A program made the translations under genes and the position numbers. Shown piece by piece: positions 1-7,623 of a stretch of 12,389 nucleotides of DNA. The stretch lies in assembly GCA_964645535.1 (NCBI GenBank), contig CAZYCQ010000079.1, positions 1-12,389 on the forward strand, in the 5' to 3' direction. The notes beneath the pieces are model-generated. The model had not been told where the DNA came from. It saw nothing but the letters and a program-made list of their open reading frames with translations, and made no database searches. This stretch comes from an uncultured archaeon (GTDB lineage: Archaea > Asgardarchaeota > Heimdallarchaeia > Heimdallarchaeales > Kariarchaeaceae). Every line of letters begins with the position of its first letter. The stretch's first letter is position 1.

Positions 1-87
1 ACATCACAAACGGAGGCATCATTGTCGATGTTCGGCATTATCTTGGGAATTCTTGTTCTTCGAAGAAAAAGTCTAATGATGCCGTAG
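1..87 (+). CDS. 3' end of a gene entering from the left; possible C-terminal membrane anchor/sorting tail of a surface protein (partial)
   Basis: Frame 1 reads TSQTEASLSMFGIILGILVLRRKSLMMP* (TAG 85-87): a Ser/Thr stretch, a hydrophobic segment, then RRK. It would overlap the convergent trxB end by 15 nt. Only 28 codons are visible. Confidence 0.4.
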   Translation, partial: TSQTEASLSMFGIILGILVLRRKSLMMP

Positions 88-1254
88 ATATTCCCTCATA
101 CTCAAGGCTGCTGCAGCCCCCTCTCCCATGGCGGAAACTGCCTGCTTGGTTGAGCCCGATCTGACATCACCAGCAGCAAATAGTCCGGGAGTTTTTGTCA
201 TGAGAGTGCCATCCGTCTTGATAAAGCCTCCTTCATCAAGATCAACAAGATCTTTCACCATTTCCACGTTTGGAGTCAGACCGATGAAGAGGAAAACACC
301 ATCCGGATGAATGGTTTCCAATTCACCAGTCTTGCGATGTTCAATGACAACCCCTTCAAGTGTTTTCTTCGGACCGACCTTGAATTCCTTCACCACTACA
401 CCTTCTTTCACTTCTATGTTTTCTGTGGCATTTACCTTTTCTTGAAGGATGGGGGAGGCACGGGGCTTGGAACGAACTAGAATCGTCACTTTCTTCAGGT
501 GGCGAGCAAGGAAGAGGGATTCTTCGTAGGCAGAATTTCCACCACCGACAACAATAACTTCCTTGCCCTTATACCAGATAAAGTCACATGTGGCACAGAA
601 ATGGATCTTATAGCCGATCAATTCGGATTCACCGGGTACATCAAGCCTCTTGTAGCGTGAACCGGTTGCAATGAGCATGGCCCATCCAGAAGTCTCCCTT
701 CCATCAGTAGAACGAGCCACCAAGACCCCGTTGTCAACAAATACCTTCTCCACTTCGGTTGCTTTGAGGAATTCGACACCATATTGCTCCGTCTGTTTTA
801 CAATACGTTCAGCAAGTTCAGAGCCAGCAATACCTTCAGGAAAGCCAGGGTAGTTGTCCAATCGTTCGGTAAAACCAGCCTGTCCACCCAAGGAGCCCCG
901 TTCCACGACAACCACATCATAACCATCCCTAGCATTGTACAAAGCGGCAGTAAGCCCTGCCGGCCCTCCTCCAACAATAACAATGTCGTGGAAATCATGA
1001 CCCAAGTCGGCGACCAATCCTAGTTTTTCAGCCAATTCAGCATTGCTGGGTTCAACTAGCACACTGCCGTCACTGAAGACAATGGTGGGAACCTTCCGTT
1101 TACCGTTATTAATCTGCATGACGAATTCTGCAGCCTCTGGATCTTGTTCAATATCAACCCAGTCATATGAAATTCTGTGCTCTCCAAGAAATTGTTTGGC
1201 TCGTTTGCAATCACTGCACCACGATGTACCATAGAACTTATCTATTGTTACCAT
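73..1254 (-). CDS. trxB: Thioredoxin-disulfide reductase fused to an N-terminal glutaredoxin/NrdH/mycoredoxin-like domain
   Basis: N-terminal WCSDC and VPT (thioredoxin fold). Then FAD-binding GGGPAG, NYPGF, IATGS, redox CATCD, NAD(P)H-binding GGGNSA and C-terminal GLFAAGD..KQA. Confidence 0.92.
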   Translation of the reverse strand: MVTIDKFYGTSWCSDCKRAKQFLGEHRISYDWVDIEQDPEAAEFVMQINNGKRKVPTIVFSDGSVLVEPSNAELAEKLGLVADLGHDFHDIVIVGGGPAGLTAALYNARDGYDVVVVERGSLGGQAGFTERLDNYPGFPEGIAGSELAERIVKQTEQYGVEFLKATEVEKVFVDNGVLVARSTDGRETSGWAMLIATGSRYKRLDVPGESELIGYKIHFCATCDFIWYKGKEVIVVGGGNSAYEESLFLARHLKKVTILVRSKPRASPILQEKVNATENIEVKEGVVVKEFKVGPKKTLEGVVIEHRKTGELETIHPDGVFLFIGLTPNVEMVKDLVDLDEGGFIKTDGTLMTKTPGLFAAGDVRSGSTKQAVSAMGEGAAAALSMREYLRHH

Positions 1255-1314
1255 TAATCAAATGTAGACAGTCTTTCCATTTAACGATTTCCTACACATT
1301 TAGCAAAGGCAGTT

Positions 1315-4300
1315 TCATATTTCTTCACGTTTCAGGACAAAAGCAACACCGGGTGCACCGTTTGAGGAGACCGCCTGCCAATCACTTGGACCATCAGTGT
1401 CGACTGTAAGGTCGATTCGTGCCAAGCTCTGCCCAGTGGATGCACTGATGCTCCATCCTGCAACATAGTTCTCCCATGCAACAAAATCGATCTCTGTTCC
1501 AGATGCATCCTTGAGACTCAGCATATCACCACTATTGCCCAAGGCAAGATTTAGGTCACCAAAATCAGGATTGAACCCGTAAAGGGCGAAGAAACCAGAT
1601 GTGGAACGGGCAATTACAAGAAAGCCCCCTGCAGGGATCACAGTGCCGGATGCGATAGAGTACGTACGAGAATTATCAGAGATTGTCCATCCAGTGAGAT
1701 CCACTGAAGAGCCAGTAGGATTGTACAGTTCAATCCATTCCTCAACGCTGTCCTTTCCGGGGGTGTCATAGAATACCTCAGAGATGATAATATGATCCAA
1801 GCCAGCGGCAGGTGTAGTTGCATTTGTGGCGATTGAACGAAGTCCTTCATTTCCGGACATGTCCACTGCACTTACCTCATAGCTGTAGGAAGTGCCTGCA
1901 CTCAGACCGACATCACTGTAGGAGGAAGTCGAAACTGATGCCACAAGGACACCGTCACGATATACGTTGTAATGATCCAAGTCAGGTTCAGTATTTGCAG
2001 TCCATGTGAGATCAATCTGTGAAGAGGAAACTGCGTTTGCCGTCAAACCCTGTACCTGCCCAGGAGGAGTGGTATCGGTTGGTGCCCATGCACTCAGATC
2101 AAAGATTCCATCGACAGAATAGTGATCAGATGCACCGGTTGCAGAAGGAGTATCCCCAACAGTGGATGAAAGCATTTGTCCTGCAAGGTATCCATTGACC
2201 ACCATGAAATCAATTCTTGATTCATAGGGAGATGTATAGTAGGTATAACCGGGATCTGTCGGGTTAAGTGTTCTGAAAACGTCGGTAAAGGTATGGACGG
2301 TGGAGGAATATTGACCATAGGTAGCATTTGCAGGATCCACAAGCATTGTCATCGGGCCATATCCCAAATTTCCGTTGGGAGCCAAGGCACCTGTATCTTG
2401 AGGTGAGAATGAATTAAGATCCCCTGCATAAATGATGTTAGCGGAGGAACCCAATGAATCCATGTAATTGATGATGCCTTCCTGTGCCCGTTCCCTCTTG
2501 TTCTCATTGGTTGTACCACTGGAAGCCTTCAAGTGAGCCCCGATGAAATGGACCGTACCGGTGCCGATGGCAAGCTTGACATCTATGAAGTCATGGGAAA
2601 CGTCATAGAGTGAACCGCTATCCAGTGTGACCAACGGGATGAGCTTGGCAGAGAGAATTGGGACACGGCTAAGCACTGCAAGACCTGTATACATACTTCC
2701 CTGACCAAGAGTCATGGCCTGAAGATAAGGAAGTTCATTTGAGAAATAAGTGTTCAGATCAACCAGCAATCGGTTTATGGTTGCGTTGCCACGATCATCC
2801 ATATCACCAGTCTCAACTAACAGCAGGACGTCGGGATTTTCCTCCTTGATCACATCAATGTAACCTGGATTCTGTCCCGATGCCTCGATGTTGTATGTCA
2901 TGAATTTGACGGCGGAATAATCCAAGGGAGCGACTCCTCCAAAAGCGGAGTTGTCAACATTAACTGTGACGGAAGTTGTGATTGAGTTGCCGAACATGTC
3001 AGTAGCAATTGCGGCAATAGTGTGTGATCCTGCACTTGCAGATCGGGAATCCCATACATAGAAGCTTGAGTAGGACACAGCAACTCCATCAATGCGTATT
3101 TCCCAATCTTTGATCAGGCTTCTGTCATTACCGTCAAGTCCAATCGAAACAAATCCGGAAACTGTCTGACCATCCACCAATCCGATGAAGGAGAGTGAAG
3201 GAGCTTCCAGCTCGGTTCCCCAAGCCGAAAGATGACCAGTAGCGGGATACAGCACCGGTTGCGTGTTACTGCCATCGGCGTTCTGCCTCTCCGCAAATTC
3301 GGCAGAACAGCCAGAGGTTTGTCCGTCCCAAGTGACTGCACTCACACAGTAATAGTAGGTGGTTCCTGTGACTACATTGCTGTCAGTGGCATAGCCCACA
3401 GCCCAATTGACCTCCTGCATGAGATCCCAAGTGGATGCGGTATCGTTCCACTTCCAGACGAGATAGCTCTTAACGAGATCCGAAGGGGTGTTGCCGTTGA
3501 GATGAGGTCGCCAAGTAATGAAATTCTCACCAGGATACCCGCTGTAATGCCGAGTGACGATTCGCGGTGCAGCCAAGGGATCTGAATCATAGTTGTCCGC
3601 ATCCTGTTTATAGGCATTGACCCTCGCAATGTAATGGGCTGCAATCGTTGGGCTGTGAATCACCAAGGCATTCTCGTCGTTGCTGTTGAAGCCAGAACCA
3701 CTCCAATTAGTACTTCCCGTCCAGACGATACTACCGTCAAACACTCCGAATTTGTGGTGATAGACACCCGGATTGGCATCGACGACGCCACCACCCCATG
3801 AAATGACATCATCAGCCTCACTGTAGGCATTCCTCCAACCACGATAGTCAAAAACACCCACAATAGCCACACCTCGATCACGGGCGCGTACAATTGCATC
3901 ATAAATTGAGTTCTCAGTAAGATAGAAGAGGGAAAGATAGATTGAACTGTTTGATGAATCAATCAGCTCAATCAGTCGCGTGAGACCCGTGTCTTTCGGA
4001 GAGAAGTAAGCTTCGACCTGTATCGATCCTGCCATCGCAATTTCCGCATTATTGTCCACCTTGGACGTTCCATAGGTATTCGCAAACAATTGGTCGAATT
4101 CTGCCTGATAGATGCCAGCCAACTCAGTACTCTTGATCCGAACCGCATCATTGGCATTGAAGAGCGTCCCCGTATCTGTCGGGTTCCAAGAGCCCGTAAA
4201 AACATATTCCCCATCAACAATGAAGAATTTGTTGTGCATGATGTTGGTTGTGGTGACCGCAGTCACAGAGATCCCTGCGTCGATCAAGGGTTGGAATTCG

Positions 4301-5361
4301 CCGATATTGTCACCATGTGCTGCTACACGCACCTGTACACCCCGAAGATGGGCATTGATAAGGGCGTCAATAGCAGGTTGCCAGCTCAGATGGTAGAGAG
4401 CGGCATCCACACTGACATTGGCACTGTCAAGCAAGCTCACCAGCCCATCAGAAATATTGCCAGGGTAAAGGTTCTCCATTGTGGGAACTGCTGCCAAGGG
4501 ATCTGTGAAATATACCTTGATCAGATCGGATACAGGACTGTTGTCTACTGTGACGTCTTTTGAAGTGGTTCCCACATTACCTGCGGCATCAAATGCATCA
4601 CATGTGATTGTATGCAGTCCCGAAGATTCCAACGTAGTATCCCAAAGATAGGAAGAACTCTGTGTACGTTCAACACCATCTATTTTTATGGAATAACCCG
4701 TCACACCAACGTTATCAGTAGCTGAACAGGTAACCTGTACCTGTCCTGCAACCACACTGCTGGTAGGGCTGTCAATGGAGACAACTGGAGCAGTAATGTC
4801 ACCCACACCATAACCGGAGCCTGGGGTGCCCAAAGAACCACTATCCGCCCAGTCACTGCCGGTATCGGTATCAATGGGCATCTGCGAAGAATCACTGAGA
4901 CGGTGGATCGTGCCATCAACCGCTGAAGCAGACCAACCGGTAACATAGGATTCCCAAGCCACAAAGTCAACAACCGTACCGGCATCATCCTTCAGGGTGA
5001 GCTGGTCACCACTATTCCCCAAAGCAAGGGTGATCAATCCATCAGGAAGAAAACCATACAGGGACTGGAAACCGGCATTGTCACGGGCAAGCACAAGATA
5101 GCCGCCAGAAGGAATGGTCACCAAAGGAAGGGCATTGCCCTTAGTATTGTCTTCAAGTGTCCACCCCGCAACTGAAATCGATGTCGAGGTGGGATTGAAA
5201 ATCTCAACCCATTCACAGGTCGAATCACAACCGGGAGTGTCATACAGCACTTCCGTAATGATCAGATTCGTCCCCGATGGATTGGAAACCGTGCCATGGT
5301 TGGCAAAACTTAGCCCCATGGCAACAATGAGCAGGAGTGAAAAAAGCTTGCGGGCACTCAT
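1315..5361 (-). CDS. Large secreted multidomain nuclease-like protein (~1348 aa): signal peptide, lamin-tail domain, Ig-like, two PLD (HKD) domains, FN3-like, Ig-like, EEP domain, FN3, lamin-tail domain
   Basis: Likely start MSARKLFSLLLIVAMGLSFA at ATG 5361 (signal peptide); the extension to 5541 looks non-coding. LTD motifs IITEVLYDTPG..EWVEIFNPT and IISEVFYDTPG..EWIELYNPT. HKD motifs HNKFFIVD-x6-GSWN (~4183-4236) and HHKFGVFD-x6-GSTN (~3706-3759). EEP motifs MTYNI, AGDLNS, SRIDF, SDH. FN3 motif LTWTAN..YSYEVSAVD. Confidence 0.88.
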   Translation of the reverse strand: MSARKLFSLLLIVAMGLSFANHGTVSNPSGTNLIITEVLYDTPGCDSTCEWVEIFNPTSTSISVAGWTLEDNTKGNALPLVTIPSGGYLVLARDNAGFQSLYGFLPDGLITLALGNSGDQLTLKDDAGTVVDFVAWESYVTGWSASAVDGTIHRLSDSSQMPIDTDTGSDWADSGSLGTPGSGYGVGDITAPVVSIDSPTSSVVAGQVQVTCSATDNVGVTGYSIKIDGVERTQSSSYLWDTTLESSGLHTITCDAFDAAGNVGTTSKDVTVDNSPVSDLIKVYFTDPLAAVPTMENLYPGNISDGLVSLLDSANVSVDAALYHLSWQPAIDALINAHLRGVQVRVAAHGDNIGEFQPLIDAGISVTAVTTTNIMHNKFFIVDGEYVFTGSWNPTDTGTLFNANDAVRIKSTELAGIYQAEFDQLFANTYGTSKVDNNAEIAMAGSIQVEAYFSPKDTGLTRLIELIDSSNSSIYLSLFYLTENSIYDAIVRARDRGVAIVGVFDYRGWRNAYSEADDVISWGGGVVDANPGVYHHKFGVFDGSIVWTGSTNWSGSGFNSNDENALVIHSPTIAAHYIARVNAYKQDADNYDSDPLAAPRIVTRHYSGYPGENFITWRPHLNGNTPSDLVKSYLVWKWNDTASTWDLMQEVNWAVGYATDSNVVTGTTYYYCVSAVTWDGQTSGCSAEFAERQNADGSNTQPVLYPATGHLSAWGTELEAPSLSFIGLVDGQTVSGFVSIGLDGNDRSLIKDWEIRIDGVAVSYSSFYVWDSRSASAGSHTIAAIATDMFGNSITTSVTVNVDNSAFGGVAPLDYSAVKFMTYNIEASGQNPGYIDVIKEENPDVLLLVETGDMDDRGNATINRLLVDLNTYFSNELPYLQAMTLGQGSMYTGLAVLSRVPILSAKLIPLVTLDSGSLYDVSHDFIDVKLAIGTGTVHFIGAHLKASSGTTNENKRERAQEGIINYMDSLGSSANIIYAGDLNSFSPQDTGALAPNGNLGYGPMTMLVDPANATYGQYSSTVHTFTDVFRTLNPTDPGYTYYTSPYESRIDFMVVNGYLAGQMLSSTVGDTPSATGASDHYSVDGIFDLSAWAPTDTTPPGQVQGLTANAVSSSQIDLTWTANTEPDLDHYNVYRDGVLVASVSTSSYSDVGLSAGTSYSYEVSAVDMSGNEGLRSIATNATTPAAGLDHIIISEVFYDTPGKDSVEEWIELYNPTGSSVDLTGWTISDNSRTYSIASGTVIPAGGFLVIARSTSGFFALYGFNPDFGDLNLALGNSGDMLSLKDASGTEIDFVAWENYVAGWSISASTGQSLARIDLTVDTDGPSDWQAVSSNGAPGVAFVLKREEI

Positions 5362-5680
5362 TACGCAAAATCTCCGGAATTTTTGGGAAATTATCTGAAT
5401 CCCCTTCCAAATGACTTTCTTTAAACCTTGTGGCAATTGACTTGCAAATATTTGAATGCGCCGCACAGGAAACGGATACACCACAAAATTGCTAGATCCA
5501 GCTCTCAGAAGACAATTCAAACCCAAACACAAACGGCGCACTTTTACGATTTTCGAGATAATTTTTCTCCATACGCATGGGATTTTACGATTTTTTTACC
5601 AACAGCTGCAAATTTTTGTAACAAGTCACTTTCAGACACCAGTCCACAACCTTAAACTGCCCGCAATCCCTACAAAGACT

Positions 5681-6049
5681 ATGATCCATCAATTCGCGCA
5701 ATTCACGGTAAAGAAGGGAAACCTAGAAGAGGCAATCAAGGCCATTCAGACATTCACCCTAAAGGTAAACGAAAATGAACCGAACACTCTGCTTTACAGA
5801 CCCCTGCAGCATGCTGAAAATCCCAATGCATTCACCCACTACATGGTGTTCAGGAACGAAGAAGCCCGTACGCACCATCAGAAGACTGAGTGGGTCAAGG
5901 AGTTCGTGGAAAGGCTCTACCCCCTGCTTGTCGAAAGACCTAGGTTTGTCCAGCTTAATAGCATTGAAGAACTAATCATCAACATTAATGCCGGCTGCAT
6001 CAGCGACATTGTTCATCTTCGGACCCGTCTGTGCAATCGACGGATATAA
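5681..6049 (+). CDS. Antibiotic biosynthesis monooxygenase (ABM) / putative quinol monooxygenase family protein
   Basis: MIHQFAQFTVKKG..EE..NEPNTLLYR..NPNAFTHYMVFRNEEARTHHQKTEWVKEFV matches the ABM dimeric alpha/beta pattern (EPG-like motif, E-A-x-x-x-H). Start placed at ATG 5681 with TTAAA at 5652-5656. Confidence 0.8.
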   Translation: MIHQFAQFTVKKGNLEEAIKAIQTFTLKVNENEPNTLLYRPLQHAENPNAFTHYMVFRNEEARTHHQKTEWVKEFVERLYPLLVERPRFVQLNSIEELIININAGCISDIVHLRTRLCNRRI

Positions 6050-6094
6050 GGACATCGCAAAGAATTACCCGCAAACCTAAGACCACCGGATCCA

Positions 6095-6496
6095 CTAGGT
6101 ATCGAAATTCTTCAGTCGATCGTCAAAAGTAAGGATACCTTTGCAAGCCGTCTGACGGGACGAAACGTATACTATCGCGTCCGTTAAGGTAAGTGGCTTC
6201 CTCTCCCCGAGCTCTGATCGAAAAATCTTCAGGGCATCACTGAAAATAGATTCATTACAATACAGAACATTACAGAAACCATTTTCCAAAAGAACATAAC
6301 TCCACTCTATTGCAGTCTGTATCCCTGCAACTTTCGTCATTATCAGAAAGAACTCATCTAGCACATAATCTGAAGTGAGAAGTTGCAAAAAATGATCCTG
6401 CTTGAAATTTGTTAATTGGGAAACTGCTTCATCATGATACTTGTCTGCCTTGTTTGCCAAAGCCACAAAAAAAGATGTGTCAAGAAAATACCGCAT
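6095..6496 (-). CDS. vapC: PIN-domain ribonuclease toxin (VapC family)
   Basis: MRYFLDTSFFVAL..D-x-x-H..TSDYVLDE..LTLTDA..ILTFD gives the acidic PIN tetrad. ATG 6496 lies 1 nt after the antitoxin stop and is preceded by GGAGG. Confidence 0.9.
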   Translation of the reverse strand: MRYFLDTSFFVALANKADKYHDEAVSQLTNFKQDHFLQLLTSDYVLDEFFLIMTKVAGIQTAIEWSYVLLENGFCNVLYCNESIFSDALKIFRSELGERKPLTLTDAIVYVSSRQTACKGILTFDDRLKNFDT

Positions 6497-6497
6497 T

Positions 6498-6761
6498 TCA
6501 ACCCTCCGCAACAAGATCATCCAACATTTCAGGATCTGTACGTATCTTCCACTCCGATGAAAGCGACAGAACCTTGTCAATCGAGGAGGAGGTGGTGAAA
6601 TTGAAATCAAGAAGCTGCTGGAAATCACGGGAACCCAACTTCACAAGCATATCCAAAAGATCCTGCTGAGAAATCTTTCGACCTAACTTCAAAGTCAGTC
6701 TAGCCTGCAGTCGATCCAGTTCAGCTTTTGTCTCATCCCGAATCTTGATTGAAGAAGCCAT
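6498..6761 (-). CDS. Antitoxin (VapB-like, ribbon-helix-helix type N-terminus)
   Basis: MASSIKIRDETKAELDRLQARL..KISQQDLLDMLV (beta strand plus two helices) with an acidic C-terminal DPEMLDDLV; directly upstream of vapC. Confidence 0.8.
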   Translation of the reverse strand: MASSIKIRDETKAELDRLQARLTLKLGRKISQQDLLDMLVKLGSRDFQQLLDFNFTTSSSIDKVLSLSSEWKIRTDPEMLDDLVAEG

Positions 6762-6780
6762 ATGTGAATAAGGAAGCCAC

Positions 6781-6816
6781 AATTAATATACATTTCTACA
6801 AATAATACTTTTCTAC
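6781..6816 (-). promoter_or_regulatory. Putative archaeal promoter of the vapBC operon with an adjacent direct repeat
   Basis: Minus strand GAAATGTATATTAATT (BRE/TATA-like) lies about 20-35 nt upstream of ATG 6761. Direct repeat ATACATTTCTAC (6788-6799) / ATACTTTTCTAC (6805-6816). Confidence 0.45.
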
Positions 6817-7100
6817 CCCTGATGCGAATTACCTCCAACACTTCAGACCCACAACTCCAGAAACTTTAAACGGCAATCATCAGCATAAAGAGAAAAAACG
6901 ATCAAGCCCTCCGCCAAAAGGAATAGGTGCAAACCCACACCAGACACCCAAAAGATATCCTACATCTCCACAACGCCCACACCAGAAATAACCACACCAA
7001 ATAAAGATCAAGAAATTAACAAAACGTTTCCTACCGAAAAAAACGCACCCAAATGCCTTTCCAAGATATGTTTTAATAGTCATGCACAGATACTATCTAG

Positions 7101-7466
7101 ATGTTCAGAGCCGAAGAGGTGGAAAAGGAAGCAAAGGATTTCAGCAAACTGGAGATCCATCCAAAACATAGGCAAATGATTGAACAGGTGGCACAGGTTA
7201 TGGAGAAATATATCGACATCAGCCACCTGGCACTCATGGGATTCGCATGGAAATCAATCAAAGATTGGCAGATCGAACACAAAATGACTGCACTTGAAGT
7301 CAGCCTTAGATCCAGACCAGAAAGGGACAAAGCAACATGGGAAATGTTCCAGATTTGCAGGGGATACCTCGAAAGAATTCTTAGAGACCCAGAAGACAAA
7401 GGAAAACTGAAAACAGCAATAGATGAAGCCTACCAATATTATCTCGACCACCTCTCAAAACCCTGA
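7101..7466 (+). CDS. Hypothetical all-alpha-helical protein (121 aa)
   Basis: Clean ORF with protein-like charged/amphipathic composition; TTTTAATA at 7071-7078, about 25 nt upstream of the ATG. No motif recognised. Confidence 0.75.
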   Translation: MFRAEEVEKEAKDFSKLEIHPKHRQMIEQVAQVMEKYIDISHLALMGFAWKSIKDWQIEHKMTALEVSLRSRPERDKATWEMFQICRGYLERILRDPEDKGKLKTAIDEAYQYYLDHLSKP

Positions 7467-7623
7467 AAAATTCACCTACAACACCTCCCTGCCAAATATG
7501 GTTGAATAGCTCTAACACCTCAGACCACAATCCGGCAATTTCAGAATCATGTAGATCCGATGAATGAAGTAACGGAAAGAACGGCATGACAATTCTGCAC
7601 ACATAATTCCTCTAATAATTGAA

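Noticed and set aside
1330-5270. Similarity between the two ends of the nuclease gene as a mobile-element terminal repeat
   Set aside because: Explained by two in-frame lamin-tail domains diverged at the DNA level; no transposase or target-site duplication seen.
128-5398. Numerous 60-157 aa alternative-frame and antisense ORFs inside trxB and the nuclease gene
   Set aside because: Fully nested in well-supported genes and with no recognisable motifs.
5362-5680. N-terminal extensions of the nuclease (to 5541) and ABM gene (from 5456), and ORF 5428-5655
   Set aside because: They would overlap head-to-head. The signal peptide starts at 5361 and the ABM fold at 5681, so this is read as intergenic.
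6497-6628. 44-aa N-terminal extension of VapC
   Set aside because: Overlaps the antitoxin gene. The PIN domain begins at MRYFLDTS (6496) with an SD-like GGAGG upstream.
6820-7060. Possible CRISPR mini-array
   Set aside because: Repeats are only 9-11 bp with irregular spacing; no cas genes in the window.
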